From the NCBI GenBank assembly GCA_964016885.1, contig OZ024743.1:128774001-128838000 (forward strand): DNA of 64,000 nt. The letters run 5' to 3'. Under the pieces are notes generated by a model, which saw nothing but the letters and a program-made list of their open reading frames with translations, was not told the DNA's origin and ran no database searches. Shown here piece by piece: positions 26,440-40,198 of this stretch (position 1 is its first letter; every line of letters starts with the position of its first letter). The DNA is from Eledone cirrhosa (taxonomy: Eukaryota). The translations under genes were made by a program, and so were the position numbers.

Positions 26440-27591
26440 TATATATATATTGTTAAACTTATTGTTGTAATATTGCCAGAAATAATAGCAGAACACACTC
26501 ACTGTTTGGTTGGTTTTCGCTTCTGTATCTTTTATATCTCCATAGTTGATTTATTTGGCAATCAACGTTTATCATTGATTGACCAGCAGTTAAAAATACA
26601 GATATAAATATATATATATATAGTCTATCAAAGTTCTTTCGTTGCACATCTGCAACATCATCAGTGGTACTATTATGTTCCCTCCTATTGTATTGTAATG
26701 TCTACGCCATCTTTATTTTATTTATTTATTTATTTATTTTTGTCTCTGTCTCTGCGCATGCGTTTGCGTGTGTGTATAATGTTTGGTGTGTGTGTTTTTT
26801 GTGAGTTTCATATGTATGATGGCTATCTACACGCTATTGGGTATGGCCACGTTCATGTACGCTTTCTGCCTTCCTTTTAAAGATACCGTGCCTACAACAT
26901 TAGATTTTATGACAAACGCTTGTGTGACACGAGAGCCAATCTGTAAATGTTATGCTAGCAACAAACAAAGCATGATGACTACCAATCAAATACACGCTCT
27001 TCTGAAAGTGTGAAACAATATAGAAGGCCGTGGATTCTACTTATGGTGGTCCGTTAGGCAAGACACTTTATTTCACGTTGCTTCAATCCACTTAGCTAGC
27101 AAAAATCAATCCAGATTTGTCACGCACACTGTGTGTCATGCTGAACTTCCTTGGAAATTACGCTAAGGTTGTATATGTTTGTTGAATGCTCAGCTACTTG
27201 CATGTTAATTTCACAAGCAGGCCTTCCTGTTCATCAAACAACTGGAACAGTCGTCATTAAAACAGATGGATGTCCAAAATTAAGTAACAAGAGAACCGAA
27301 TGCGGTAGAGGGCAAGATCTAAACTTCCAATCAACAGAGATCGGAGTCCGGTTTCAATTCCTGGCTGAAGCCATTTTACTTCGTTTAACCTTGTTAAAGC
27401 ATAAACATCATCTCATTTCCCTTTCCTTAAAAATAATCAAAGGAACCTAATAGATCATAAATGGTCACGAAACAAGCCAAAGTCACCCGTTAATTGGAAG
27501 GGCACATGTATAATAAATGATTTACCATTTGAATATACAATATGCTATTAAACAACAAAAAAGGTCATTATATATATAGACACATACACAC

Positions 27592-27644
<53 letters not shown>

Positions 27645-27701
27645 CGTGTGTGTGTGTGTGTGTGTCTGTGTGTGTCTGTGTGTGTGTATGTGTGTCTGTA
27701 C

Positions 27702-27752
<51 letters not shown>

Positions 27753-27771
27753 CGCCAACACACATTTACTT

Positions 27772-27830
<59 letters not shown>

Positions 27831-28004
27831 GGTGTGTGTATATATGTATATATGTATATATAAGTAAATATATTCTGAATATATTTGACCGCATTTCTTT
27901 TCTTTTTACTAATTTGATGATAACTTCCCGCTGTATGAAGTTTATTATCTCACCAAATATGGAAACATCCGGTCACAATATAGCGTCAAGGAAGTCAGTC
28001 GCTC

Positions 28005-28044
<40 letters not shown>

Positions 28045-28243
28045 TATGCATCTAAGTATGTATATATTATATACTTATATGCGCATATGTATGAGCGTTT
28101 GCATAAATTGGTAAATTGGTCGATTTGTTGGTAGATAGGTAGGTGAATGTACAAGCAACCTATCTATCTACTTCGTTCTCTCTCTCTCCCTATATATATA
28201 TATATATATATATATAGGGATATATATGTACAATTTCACTCAG

Positions 28244-28286
28244 ACCGAGCTGAAGATCCGCATAAGGTGAAACATTTGTTCTCGGT
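28244..28286 (+). ncRNA. Candidate type I hammerhead in a ~90-bp island between (TA)n tracts
   Basis: accgag-CTGAAGA-tcc gcataa ggt-GAA-aca tt tgt-T-ctcggt: stem I is a perfect 6 bp (extended by ttcac/gtgaa), stem II is weak. Confidence 0.6.
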
Positions 28287-28332
28287 ATGGTGAACTAACA
28301 GTTGTAGAACAACTTATATATACATACATACG

Positions 28333-28383
<51 letters not shown>

Positions 28384-28628
28384 TTTATTATAGCTGTGAT
28401 GTGTCTTGTTATACTGGTGTTTTCACCTGAGTATTCACAGGATTATCAATCAAGACTAAAATTTCAGTCACAGAGCCAGTGTAATTTGGGGGAAAAACTC
28501 GGAATGGCGGTTTGTGATGAAATTTTCGCGGAGTGAGCCACTCAACTCCAATTGCTATTTCCCAGTTGTCTTGTCAGTTTTTTTATTTTTTATTTTGTTT
28601 CGTCGTTGATTTCTTGTACACTCTGTTG

Positions 28629-28952
28629 CAGGGGTTCTCAACCTTTTTTGCGTCATCGTCTACTTTCATATGGAAACATTTTCCATCGCTTATAGTAAAT
28701 ATTCAAGAGTATACCAAAAATGTTTGGTGAAAGTTTATTATTCCCATTTATTCCCTTGTTTTTTTTTTTTTGTTTTTTTTTATACAAGTTTTTTGTATAT
28801 TTCCTTTGAATATCTTTTTTTTTCCGGGAAGCATATGTTAAAACACCTTCTTAATACTCAAAATCCTTTATCATCCACCAAAATTTCCAGTCGCCCATCA
28901 TTTTCTATTTAGTTTCTCTGGTGAGCGATATCACCCAGGCTGGGAAACCGTG
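28629..28952. mobile_element. Possible hAT/Charlie-type MITE remnant (similar one at ~38760-38912)
   Basis: Ends caggggttctcaacc ... ggctgggaaaccgtg. At 38760: cagtggttcccaaac ... ggttgggaaatggtg. Confidence 0.35.
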
Positions 28953-29397
28953 CTCCATGGTTAGCTTTGTTATAGGTGTTAGTGTTGTTGAAAAAGAATG
29001 AATTATATGGCTGCCTATCTACTTTGTAGGTTCTCTCCATTTTATTACCCGTACGAATATATTACTTTAGTTTTTAAAAGGGAGTAGATACTCCACCAGT
29101 TCTTGTTGAAACTTGTTTCTTGCTAAATCTTACTTTTTTTTTTATTAGGTTGATCCAATAAATTTCTTTGTTGTAAGGGGAATTTTTTGGTGAATTGGAT
29201 CTGAGCTTATAATCCGAAGAAGAATGGGCGTATCTCTGTTGAAGAAATAAGGTTTCTATTTCATACGCTTGAGCATGATTTCTGTTTGTTTGTTTTTAAT
29301 TTTTTTGTTTTTTACTTTTCAGAGTAATAAGACTCACGACTTAGCCATAATAAAAAATATTTAAACTCTCCTTCAGTATTGAATACTCACTCTATAA

Positions 29398-29519
<122 letters not shown>

Positions 29520-29947
29520 GTGTGTGTGTGTATGGGGGGGGGGTTATTATTTATGTATGTATATATATATGTTTATACACACACACACATATATATATAC
29601 ACATATATATATATTGTATATATGCATATATGTGTGTGTGTGTGTGTACATATGTATGTATATATGTGCGTGTGCGTGTGTAAATAGGACTACACAGATG
29701 ATTGCTTATATGTTGCAAGAAGAAACGCGATAGAAAGAGAGTGAGAGAAAAAGAAACCAAGGAAGACAGATAGATAGATAAATAGATAAATAGATAGATA
29801 TATTTCTTTATTTACCATAAAGGCATAAAAAGAAGGGACAAATACAAAGGGGGAGTTTACATACAAACGAGTAAAAAGGGTATAAAATGAAAATAATCGA
29901 AAATAACCTCAAAAGGGAGGGGACGTGATGGGGGTTGCACACACCCT

Positions 29948-29983
<36 letters not shown>

Positions 29984-30001
29984 GGGGGAAGAGATAGTAA
30001 G

Positions 30002-30080
<79 letters not shown>

Positions 30081-30312
30081 AGAGAGAGAGTAAAAGTGTG
30101 TCGGTGTATTTAACACGTCATGAGGTAAAAACTGATGTGAAGTGACCAGAGAGAAACAGATGTTTTCTAAAGCTGTCTATATATATTCAAGTTGAGATTT
30201 CTATCTAACAGTTCCTCCCCCAACACCACAATATAAAAGACTACTATCTCCTCCTCACCTTCCTTCAACACTACTGCTGTAAGATTCAAACAGTTTTTTC
30301 TTAATACTACCA

Positions 30313-30379
<67 letters not shown>

Positions 30380-30381
<2 letters not shown>

Positions 30382-30943
30382 CGTTTCTGAATTTGTTTAG
30401 CAAGATTCTTCATCTGAAAACGTGTGTTGAAACCGATATTGTTATGCTTTGGGAGGGTCATGTTGCCAATAAGAAACACGCGCACCAGTTGCTTTCACTT
30501 CAATTTATTATAAATTAAATTTATAAATTTAAGAATTTATAAATTTCCGGTTGGTTGGTTGGTTCCACAACCAGACGATTGTTCATATATTGTCAAAGTT
30601 CTTTCGTCACACATTCTGTGACCTCTTCAGTGACTGGGGATTCTTTTCTTTGTTTTTGTGCCTCTCCTTTGTTCTGCCCTACGCCATCTTGTTTTACACA
30701 CACAAAAAACAAGATGGCGTAGAAGAGAACAAAGGAGAGGCACAAAAACAAAGAAAAGAATCCCCAGTCACTGAAGAGGTCACAGAATGAACTTTGACAA
30801 TATATGAACAATCGTCTGGTTGTGGAACCAACCAACCAACCGGAAATTTATAAATTCTTAAATTTATAAATTTAATTTATAATAAATTGAAGTGAAAGCA
30901 ACTGGTGCGTGTTTCTTATTGGCAACATGACCCTCCCAAAGCA

Positions 30944-30950
<7 letters not shown>
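30380..30950. mobile_element. ORF-less fold-back element of two inverted pLTR copies of the 33960-35370 Penelope family, flanked by (TA)n
   Basis: 30441-30695 and 30706-30947 are reverse complements; both match 35050-35370. Confidence 0.88.
30592..30634 (-). ncRNA. Minimal type I hammerhead ribozyme, intact core
   Basis: gtca-CTGAAGA-g-gtcac agaatgt gtgac-GAA-ag aa ct-T-tgac: stems I (4 bp), II (5 bp) and III (2 bp) all pair. Confidence 0.8.
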
Positions 30951-30993
<43 letters not shown>

Positions 30994-30997
<4 letters not shown>

Positions 30998-33240
30998 TTC
31001 CATGAGGAAGTGTGTAGAGCTGTCAACACCACACAAGCTCACAACATCCTGCTTGTTCTGGGGGACTTCAATGCACATCTGAGTAAGGAGAGCAGTGAAG
31101 ATCCTTGCTGGTACTTCCATAACAACACCAACTGAAATGGAGAGACACCCTGCTGGAGGCTAAGTTGATGGCAACCAACCTAAGGTTCAGAAAGAATCCG
31201 GGGAAGATGTGGACCTACATCTCTGATATGCACCAGTCCAAGTCCCAGATTGATTTCATTCTGGTGAGGAAAACGTGGCGGAATAGTGTTCTGAACACAG
31301 AACCATATAACTATTTCAGTACACTGGACAGTGACCATCGGCTTGGTATGAGTGAGGTCCGGGTGAGCTTAAGAAAGAGTAAGGCTCAGCCCCGGAGCAA
31401 TCTATGACTGGGGAGCTTTCACGGAAGATAATAAGCTACAGGAGAAGTTCACAGTAGAAGTGAGGAACAGGTTCAGTGCTCTGTGGGGAGAGGAAGAAGA
31501 GAGAGATTGGAGGGACTGAGGAGAGTGTGACGAGGAGATACGGGTACTTCACCAATGCATTGGCGGAAGCAAGTGAGACTCTGGTGCCGAGAAGAGAGAA
31601 GAAGAGGAAGCATGTCAGCTCTGCAGACCCAAAAGTGTGTGCAGCCAGAGAACACCTGAAAGCTGCCAAGGACCAATTCTATGCTGATCCTACGGAGGAG
31701 AGGAAGGAGACTATGAAGGTGAAGAGGGAAGAACTCTGTACCGCTTACACTGAGACCAGAGAGGAGGCGCTGATAGAGAAGATCAGAAGTGTGGAGAGAG
31801 CGGTTGACAGGTCTGGGTGTAAGGAGAGCTGGATGATCATTAACGAGATCACAGGGAGGAAGAGGTGTTCGAGTCAGAACCAGGTAACAGGGCCCGAGGA
31901 TAGGAAGAGGAAATGGCTGGACCATTTTAGGACCCTACTAGGAGAGCCACCCACCACATCTCAGATCACTGGGGGAGATCAGGCGGCTGTTTAAGGAACT
32001 GGATATTAAGACAGGACCCTTCACCAGAGAGGAGCTTCAGAGAGCCAAGAAGAAGATCAAGGAGGGCAAGGTTCGTGGAGAGGATGGAGTGGCATCAGAG
32101 GTGATGAAGAGGTGTGATTTTGATGATATCATCCTAGGGTTCTGTAACCAGGCACTGGAGAAAGGAGTTGCCCTGAATCAGTGGAGGATCAGTAACATCG
32201 TTCCAGTGCCATAGAAGGGAGATCTCCCTAATACCAACAACTACAGGGGGATCTCACTGACGTCACTTGTGGCAAAGACCCTCAACAGGATGATTCTTAA
32301 CAGGATCCAGCTCGAGATTGAGAAGAAGCTCAGGGACAACTAGAACGGCTTCAGAGAGGGAAGGCCAACCACCAGTCACATCCCGATGCTGAGGATGATA
32401 TTAGAGGGGGCTAGAGCAAAGAGCCTTCCTGCTATCATGGTTTGCATTGACTTTAGGAAAGCCTTTGATTCTTTGGACCGTCACTGCCTGATGAAGATCT
32501 TACAGGCTTATGGAATCCCCAAGAAGATGGTGGACCTGATATCACTGCTCTACACCAACACCAAAGCCCAAGTCATTACACCTGATGGGATGACGGAGTT
32601 CTTTGAGATACTGGCTGGAGTGCTCCATGGAGATACATTGGCTCCCTACCTTTTTATCATCGCAGTGAACTATTGTATGCGCCTTGCGCTGGAGAAACAC
32701 AAGGACTCTGTCTTTACAGTAACACTGGCTCGGAGCAGAAGAGTTAAGGAGAAAAAGATATCGGATGCTGAATTTGCCGACGACATAGTTCTGGTGACAA
32801 ACACAGTGAATAAGGCAGAGGAGTTGATGCAGAAGGTGGAGACTGTGTCGATGAGTGTGGGGCTGAGAATGAATAAGATTATGGTGGATGGGTGCTACAC
32901 GAGAATGCTGAGGATGGCTCTGAACATTAATCAGTATACACTGAGGATGAAGAACTCAAAACTGTACGGGGGCCTCCCAAAAGTCAGTTCGAGAGTAGCA
33001 CAGAGGAGACTGAGGTTAGCTGGACATGCTCACTGACATCAAGAGTTGACACTGCACTCAGTGCTCCCGTGGGAGCCCCTGCATAGACACACTAGAAGAT
33101 GGAGACCGAGGTTGATATATGTTGATGCCCTAAGGACAGACATTGGGCTCTTGGAGACGCAGGACATGGCAGCGATGATGAGAGACAGAGACCGCTGGAG
33201 GGAACTCGTCCATGCATCTCGGGAATTTTACCCGCCCTAG
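30994..33240 (+). mobile_element. RTE-superfamily (RTE/RTE-X-like) LINE, 5'-truncated, with stops, frameshifts and an internal deletion
   Basis: APE motifs LVLGDFNAH, SQIDFILVR and DSDHR. RT motifs NYRGISL, NGFR, IDFRKAFDS, GVLHGDTLAPYLF and FADD. C-terminal GCYTRMLR..RRLRLAGH. TA tracts on the flanks. Confidence 0.9.
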
Positions 33241-33492
33241 ACATATATATTTTCTCACATCTAAGAAAAACCACAAACCCTCCATCTCAATTCTACTTTT
33301 GAAAATCATAAGAACTGTGAAACCGGTAAAGAAACAAATAAATATTCTCAAAAAGACTCCAGTTGCATTTTCGATTTCTTTTCCTTATACTTTCACTCGT
33401 GCAGGACATTTCATTTTTTTCATTTAAAAAAACCCCTCATTTTCTTACACACACACACGCACGCGCACACGCGCACACACACACACACACAG

Positions 33493-33540
<48 letters not shown>

Positions 33541-33618
33541 ATATACATATATATACACCGACACATACACATGCATACACATATATAAAGATATATATGT
33601 GGCTAAATGCATATCTTT

Positions 33619-33920
33619 TTTATCTTTCTTGCTCGTTATACATTCGTTTGTCAAAGTTCTTTCCTCAATGACTACTTGTTTTGTGCTTCCTCTTTTTTTT
33701 GGTCTTAAACTTGTATTCCGTCTTGACTTTTCAGACAAGAAAAAAAGGAGGAGGCACAAAAAGATAGTCATTGAGGAGGTCACGGAATGTGTGACGAAGG
33801 AACTTCGACAAACGAATGAATAACGAGCAATAAAGATAAAGTGAAAATTATACGATGTGTGTGTTTCTTTCTATTGGCAATATTGGCAACATGACCACCC
33901 CCAAATATAACAATATATAT
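33619..33920. repeat. Diverged pLTR palindrome related to the 30380/35050 family, with degenerate hammerheads
   Basis: 33619-33700 is inverted to 33738-33840. 33767-33809 reads gtca-TTGAGGA-g-gtcac..gtgac-GAAG-gaactt-cgac. Confidence 0.7.
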
Positions 33921-33959
33921 ATTGAGTATATGTTGGTTGTTTACCTACACCTCTGTATG

Positions 33960-35367
33960 CAGATTGGAGCACTCGACGAAGTACGCAGTCAGGAATTAGA
34001 GAAAAACACCATGGAAAGAAGCATCCAGCAAATAACTCCATCCACCAGAGTATTAGAGTTACTATAGACTACCCAAGCAAACACCCCAACCATCGATTAC
34101 CTGTACTAGACACAGAGCTCTGGTTAGAAACCATTAATAACAAAAACAAATCCTCCATTCCCATTATGCCAAACCCATGACTTCCAAATACCTGATCCAC
34201 CGAAACTCAGCTGTTTCGGATCACACCAAAATCAGCATACTGATTGCGGATTTAGTACGGGTGATGAGAAACGTGTCCCTCATGTGCAACCCCAAAGAAC
34301 TAGAGAGACACATACAACACTTCATCCACCGTATGCAGTTCTCTGGTTACAATCAGAGAGATAAAATCAGAGTGTATAGAGGAGCCAGAACCAAATGGGA
34401 AAAAATGGCAAATAATGATACAAGTGTAATGTTCATCAATACAGATAAACTTAAACTAAATATTAAGATAATGGAAAGACCAGGTACCTCCATAAAAACA
34501 CTTATACATACCCTTTTCAAAGACCTCCCTGTATAGATAAGAAATGCATAATCTGTAAACTAAGCCCCCATATTAACTGCAATACTAGAAACATAGTATA
34601 TAGCATAAGATGTACTGAGGGACAATATAAAGATAAGAATATTGTGTACATAGGTAAAACAGCTCATAGTATAGGAGAACGATTAAATGAACACTGGCGA
34701 GAGCTTCAAGATAGAAAAGAATCATCAGTACTCCACCAACATAAGGGCAAATAGAACATAAGGGCAATTAGAGAACATAGAAATAAAAATAAAATCTACA
34801 CACAGAAAAGACACAATGTTTAGACAAATCACAGAGGCAATAAACATAAATGAACTCCAACCAAAATTAAATAGAAAACATGAATGGAATAGCAACATCA
34901 CAACTTACGATTAAGGACAAAATGAAAACACACACACATAGAACAAACAACCAACTAGTAACATGTAAATAAACAAATAAATAAACAAATAAAAACACAC
35001 ACAGACACCCGGATGTAACACATGCGCAAACTAAGCACACAACACACACAAAAACAAGATGGCGTAGGACAGAACAAAGGAGAGGCACAAAAACAAAGAA
35101 AAGAATCCCCAGTCACTGAAGAGGTCACATAATGTGTGACGAAAGAACTTGGACAATATATGAACAACCGTCCGGTTGTGGAACCAACCAACCAACCAAC
35201 CGGAAATTTACAAATTTCTTAAATTTATAAATTTAATTTATAATAAATTGGAGTGAAAGCAACTGGTACGTGTGTTTCTTATTGGCAACGTGACTCTCCC
35301 AAAGTATAACAATATCGGTTTCAACACACATTTTCAGATAAAGAATCTTGCTAAACAAATTCAGAAA

Positions 35368-35370
<3 letters not shown>
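33960..35370 (+). mobile_element. 5'-truncated Penelope-like element (second clade): RT C-terminus/thumb, Cys linker, GIY-YIG and pLTR ending at (TA)n
   Basis: Hand translation gives SIRVTIDYPSKHPNHRLPVLDTELW, HYAKPM..RMQFSGY, KKCIIC..NC, NIVYSIRC..VYIGKTAHSIGERLNEH..SVLHQH and RQITEA. Frameshifts and stops are present. Confidence 0.82.
35112..35154 (+). ncRNA. Hammerhead in the 3' pLTR (first stem I pair mismatched)
   Basis: gtca-CTGAAGA-g-gtcac ataatgt gtgac-GAAAGAACTT-ggac. Confidence 0.7.
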
Positions 35371-35429
<59 letters not shown>

Positions 35430-35475
35430 GGGGTGGGGGTGTATGTATATATGTATGTATGTGTGTGCGTGTGTG

Positions 35476-35558
<83 letters not shown>

Positions 35559-36699
35559 ATGTGTGTATCAGATAATGTGTTGTATATTCCTATATCTGTG
35601 GCGTGGCATGAAAAAAAGCTAGAGTAGAGTAAACAAATGGAATGTTGCGTATTTGAAGGACAGAAACCTCACAGTTATACCATATTTTTCAAAATAAAAT
35701 CTAATAAATTTGCGAAATATTTATACTATTATTAATTTATTATTTTGTTTCAAAATATTCATGTCATTATTCAAATACTATAATAATGAGATTAGTAGTC
35801 TAGGAAAATGTGAAACAGAAAAAAATAGGTTAAAAAATTAAATAGATATATATATTTTTTTTTTTTTTTTTAGTACAAGCAATGTTCACATCGCTGGTAG
35901 TTTTATCGAACTGGGAGGTTGGAATGTGGATAAGAACTGTTGAAAGTTAAGTGTCATGGCTGTGAAAACAAGAATATACAAACTTCCGAGTACTTCCGCT
36001 GTTCATCCGCAAAGCTAACGTTTGTGTGGCCGCCTGTGGTTTTTACTGTTAAAATAATATTTATTTTAAAGTATTGATAAATAGCTCTGGTTGAAATGTA
36101 TGGAGGAAGTAGAGAATGGAAGATGTTTTAGGCAAAATGGTAATTATATAACAACGTACTTTTCGATGTGAATATAGACGCAGGCATGGCTGTGTGGTTA
36201 AAAAGATCACTTCATAATCATGAGGTTCTGAGTTAGATCCTATTGCTGGGCATTTTTTTTGCAAGGTTCCTCGAAGATAACCTCAACTTAACCCAAACCT
36301 TGCCAGTAGAATTAACTAAACGGAAGCGATGCAGAACCAACCCAGTCGCCCTCACCATCCTCCTGGAAAATGCCTTCTCTATTCTATCCGCCGGGGCCGC
36401 GGGGTGGCCAGCGTGTGGGCCTCCATTTTGTTTATAATAGTGAGAGATGGAGAAAGCGAGAGAGACGGAGGCAGAGAGTAAAAAAGAGTGAACATCAACA
36501 CTTATTTACTTATTTATTTATATGCCAGCATGATATATAAATGTTCTAAGTTTACTTCCATGTTACTAAAAAAATGTGTTTATAGTAAGAGAACGGAGGT
36601 GGTGGTTCAATCATCTTTATTCCAACTTATGTTTATTCTGATCCTTATTCTCTCCTGTATACACATATATACACCAGGTCCGAACACAAAAGAACCAAA

Positions 36700-36990
36700 C
36701 TCCCACTGTCACCACCTCCGCCCCTCCTGCTTTCCCCATCCCTCATTATTGTGAGCAAATGGAGGCCCACGCGCTGGCCGCCCGCGGCTCCGGCGGACAG
36801 AATAGAGAAGGAGTTTCCCTGGAAGATGGTGAGGGAGACACCGCTGGAAGAACCATTCCAGCTCGTGAGACTCACGCCTGCGAGTAGCCAACTCTGTGCC
36901 GATCGTGGTGAACAGGGTGGTGGCCCTGAGGCCAAGGATACCAGAAGTCTCCACTGCTACTTCAAAGGTCCGGTTTTGTCTCATATTGTG
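36700..36990 (-). mobile_element. 3' end of a probable CRE-like (RLE endonuclease) non-LTR retrotransposon, with an inverted partial copy at ~36345-36460
   Basis: VAVETSGILG..A..LF..IG..LA...ELEWFFQR / VSLTIFQGNSFSIL (frameshifted) resembles the ET.G.W...FQRLS.AIQRGNA C-terminus of RLE-type elements. Confidence 0.55.
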
Positions 36991-37349
36991 TCACGCTGTC
37001 TATGCTTGTTATAAATAATGTTTTTTATTTTTTTATTTAGGGGCAAGGTGAGCAATTTGACTGGTATTTTATTTTATTAACCTTGGAAGGATGAATGACA
37101 AAGATGACCTCAGTGGGAATCGAATACGTGTTATAAATAATAGAATTATGAAAAGAAAACACTTCCAATCTTTTGTGCTAAATACATTTCTCCTGTGATT
37201 ATATTGTCCAGAGTTTTAATAAACTTATCATCTGCCACTACATCGTTGCTTGCTGCTTCTATTATTTAGATACTATGACTTTTCAATCTTTTTTAAGCGA
37301 CTAAAACACCCATTACTATATTGGAAGCTTTCTATATATCCCTCTCCTA

Positions 37350-37875
37350 TTTATTCGTTCAATATTTCGGAGATACTTGAGCCTTAGCTTGAGTTATTTG
37401 TAGACTTATGTGCATACGTTTTTGTATTCGGTCTTCCACCCAGAACATTAATAATTTCTCCATTTCATGGACAGGTCTTTGCTGCACTTTTTGTTATTAT
37501 CGTTAACTGCGAGGTGGCTGATCATTTTACTGCGTACAAAACTTTCTCCTTGTCCTTAATAACAGCGGAGATCGTTGAATAAGACAAGCCAACATGAATC
37601 TAAGAAAAACGCTTCTTTCCTTTATTCATGTTGGATAATTATAATTATTTAAACTTCAAAATTAAGTGACTTTCTCTGCTTTTTGTCTGGTATATGACTA
37701 GATAGAAACAATCTTCCTGATTCACGATATCTTAGGTCATAGTAAATTTTTAGATTCCAAGCAAAGTAGTTGCTGTATGTTTGCAGAAGTAGAAATGATG
37801 CCGAGAGAACGAGTGATGATGAGGCTATTCGAATCTACGAATGCGCGCGTACGTAAGAATGTTTGAATTCAACTG
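37350..37875 (-). pseudogene. Tigger/pogo transposase N-terminal (CENP-B-type HTH) fragment
   Basis: Hand translation: VGLSYSTISAVIKDKEKV ... PVHEMEKLLMFWVEDRIQKRMHISLQITQAKA. A possible CAGTTGAA terminus lies at 37875. Confidence 0.7.
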
Positions 37876-39769
37876 CTGAAGCATAACAGTTGTAATTGCG
37901 AGTAATCTTAAGTCTATTTTTTCACTTCTTTATTTTCAGCTCACACCTCTTTTCTCACCTTCATCCATTCCACTAAACTTACCACTACCACCATCAACTT
38001 TATTCACTTTACTGACGTTCTTTCCCTTTTTTCTTTTTACTTCATTTATTCATTCCCCCCCCCCCCCCCTCTTCCACCACCACCACCACCTTTTCACTTT
38101 TTTGTTTCTGTAATTTAATTCTCTCTTTATTTATTTATGGTATATCGCAGTCCTGACCACACTTCTAACCCTTCCCCCATCTTCGCTTCCTTTTCTGTAC
38201 CCTCGTCGCAGATGTTACTGTTGTTGTTAGAGCCCCCTAACCATCACCAATGTCCTCGGTTTCTGGATAACATATCCCCCCTGTTGTCCTTTTCCTTTGT
38301 GTCTTCTTTTTTCTTGTCTTATTCCCCCTCCCCCTTTTCTCTTTCTTTCTCTCTCTCCAATACATTTCTGACCACTTGCTGACATTTTACTAACGCAATT
38401 GTACCCATTTTATTGCTTCTTGTCAACTTTCCTCTAAACCCTTTTTCTACCAAAGCGTCTGGAACTCTTTCTAGTCCAAGATACAAAACTGTTTTGCTTT
38501 AAAGTGTTTATATTTTAATTTAAAACTTCCATTTTATGTAAATTAAATATTTAAACTAATCTTATGTAAGAAGGTTTTGTCAAGTTATGCTACAAACACC
38601 AGCTTAATAATGAAGAATTTAGTTATATTACTGAATTCCTCAAAATTCTTCATTATTTTCACATTTAATTGAATATCATTAAAAGTAGAATAACAAAAAG
38701 ATTAATATTCATTTCAAAACATAGGCACCAGGCAACTAATTTGGGAGATGGGTATAGACCAGTGGTTCCCAAACTTTCCACTACCAAAGAACCTGCCCAT
38801 TTAAAATTTAAATAGATATTCTCACTGATACAAGGCTTTTGTAGGTATGTCCATGCAGCAAGGCCACAGACTCCGAGGACTATCTATGTGGATATAAGGT
38901 TGGGAAATGGTGTTAAAGGTGACTAAACCATCTCTTTTACTTGAACCAATATTTTATTTTATTGACCCCATAAGAGGGAAATGACAGTTAGCTAGCATCT
39001 CTCTCAATATTGCTTTGCCGTGAGCAAACTCCATATTTACAGCCTCCAGTTTTAAATAACTGACTGGCTACATAAATCGGGAGGTGGACATCACGCTCGA
39101 GAAAGGGTCCCCATCAGATGGAATGGCTTGATGCAGCGGATATTTCTCATTCTGAATATGAAGTGTGGGAAAGAAATGTCAAGCAAACGAGACTCTTCCC
39201 ACAATTTCAAAACCGCAACTACCCATAGGTGTGTTCAGATTATGAGACGAAGACAAAAGAGAGAACCCCTATGGCCTCAGCAGACCCAATTCTTTTCGAC
39301 CAATTTTAGACAATGCAGTGGAAATGAACATTGCCTTTGAACCGATTTTGTGAAAGCAATGAGCATGCTGTGATCTTAGATCTTTTTTAGCGAAGGATAT
39401 TCACTTATGCTAGACTAGAATGCGGCCAAATACCCCCCCCCCCATACACACACACAGAGGGTACGACTGCGTCCATGACCAGTATTATAGCCTCTTATGT
39501 AAGGAAGGAAAGCCATTATTCTCAAACTGGGATTATAACGCTAAGGTTTGCAACGGTGTGGACTCTGTTAAATGCAACAAAAGGTTGGGTTGTGGTGTTA
39601 AACTGGATGATGGATTAAATCTACCACCCGAGTAGGCTGCAGTGAGATTTGAACTCAGAACACAAAACGTGCAATAAATAGCGCCAGAAATCTTGCCCGA
39701 TGCTTTAAAGATTCCGCCCTTCCACTATCCTAGACTGGTACTTTATATATCTTGGAAGGAGATGTAAAG

Positions 39770-39814
<45 letters not shown>

Positions 39815-40005
39815 GTTTGCCATTTATGTTCCGTAATGTAATAGTTCGACAAAATGGGATCGATAAAATATGAAAAAGGATTGAAACAAAAATTATAAAT
39901 CAGATTAAATTTCTCGTTGCGCATACTGATGAAAAATAGTGTATGAAATGTCGAAACATGTAGCCGTCAGAGTATGTACTATATAAAGACATACGCACGC
40001 GCACG

Positions 40006-40086
<81 letters not shown>

Positions 40087-40198
40087 GTATATGTGTATGT
40101 ATATATATATATGTGGGGGTTGTATGCGTGCGTTATCATGTATACATAATACGTGCACATACATACACACTCACACATATACTCTTTATATTTTTAAG

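Noticed and set aside
39921-39976. CTGATGA...GAAACATGTA hammerhead-like motif
   Set aside because: Stems I and II do not pair adequately; it is at best a relic.
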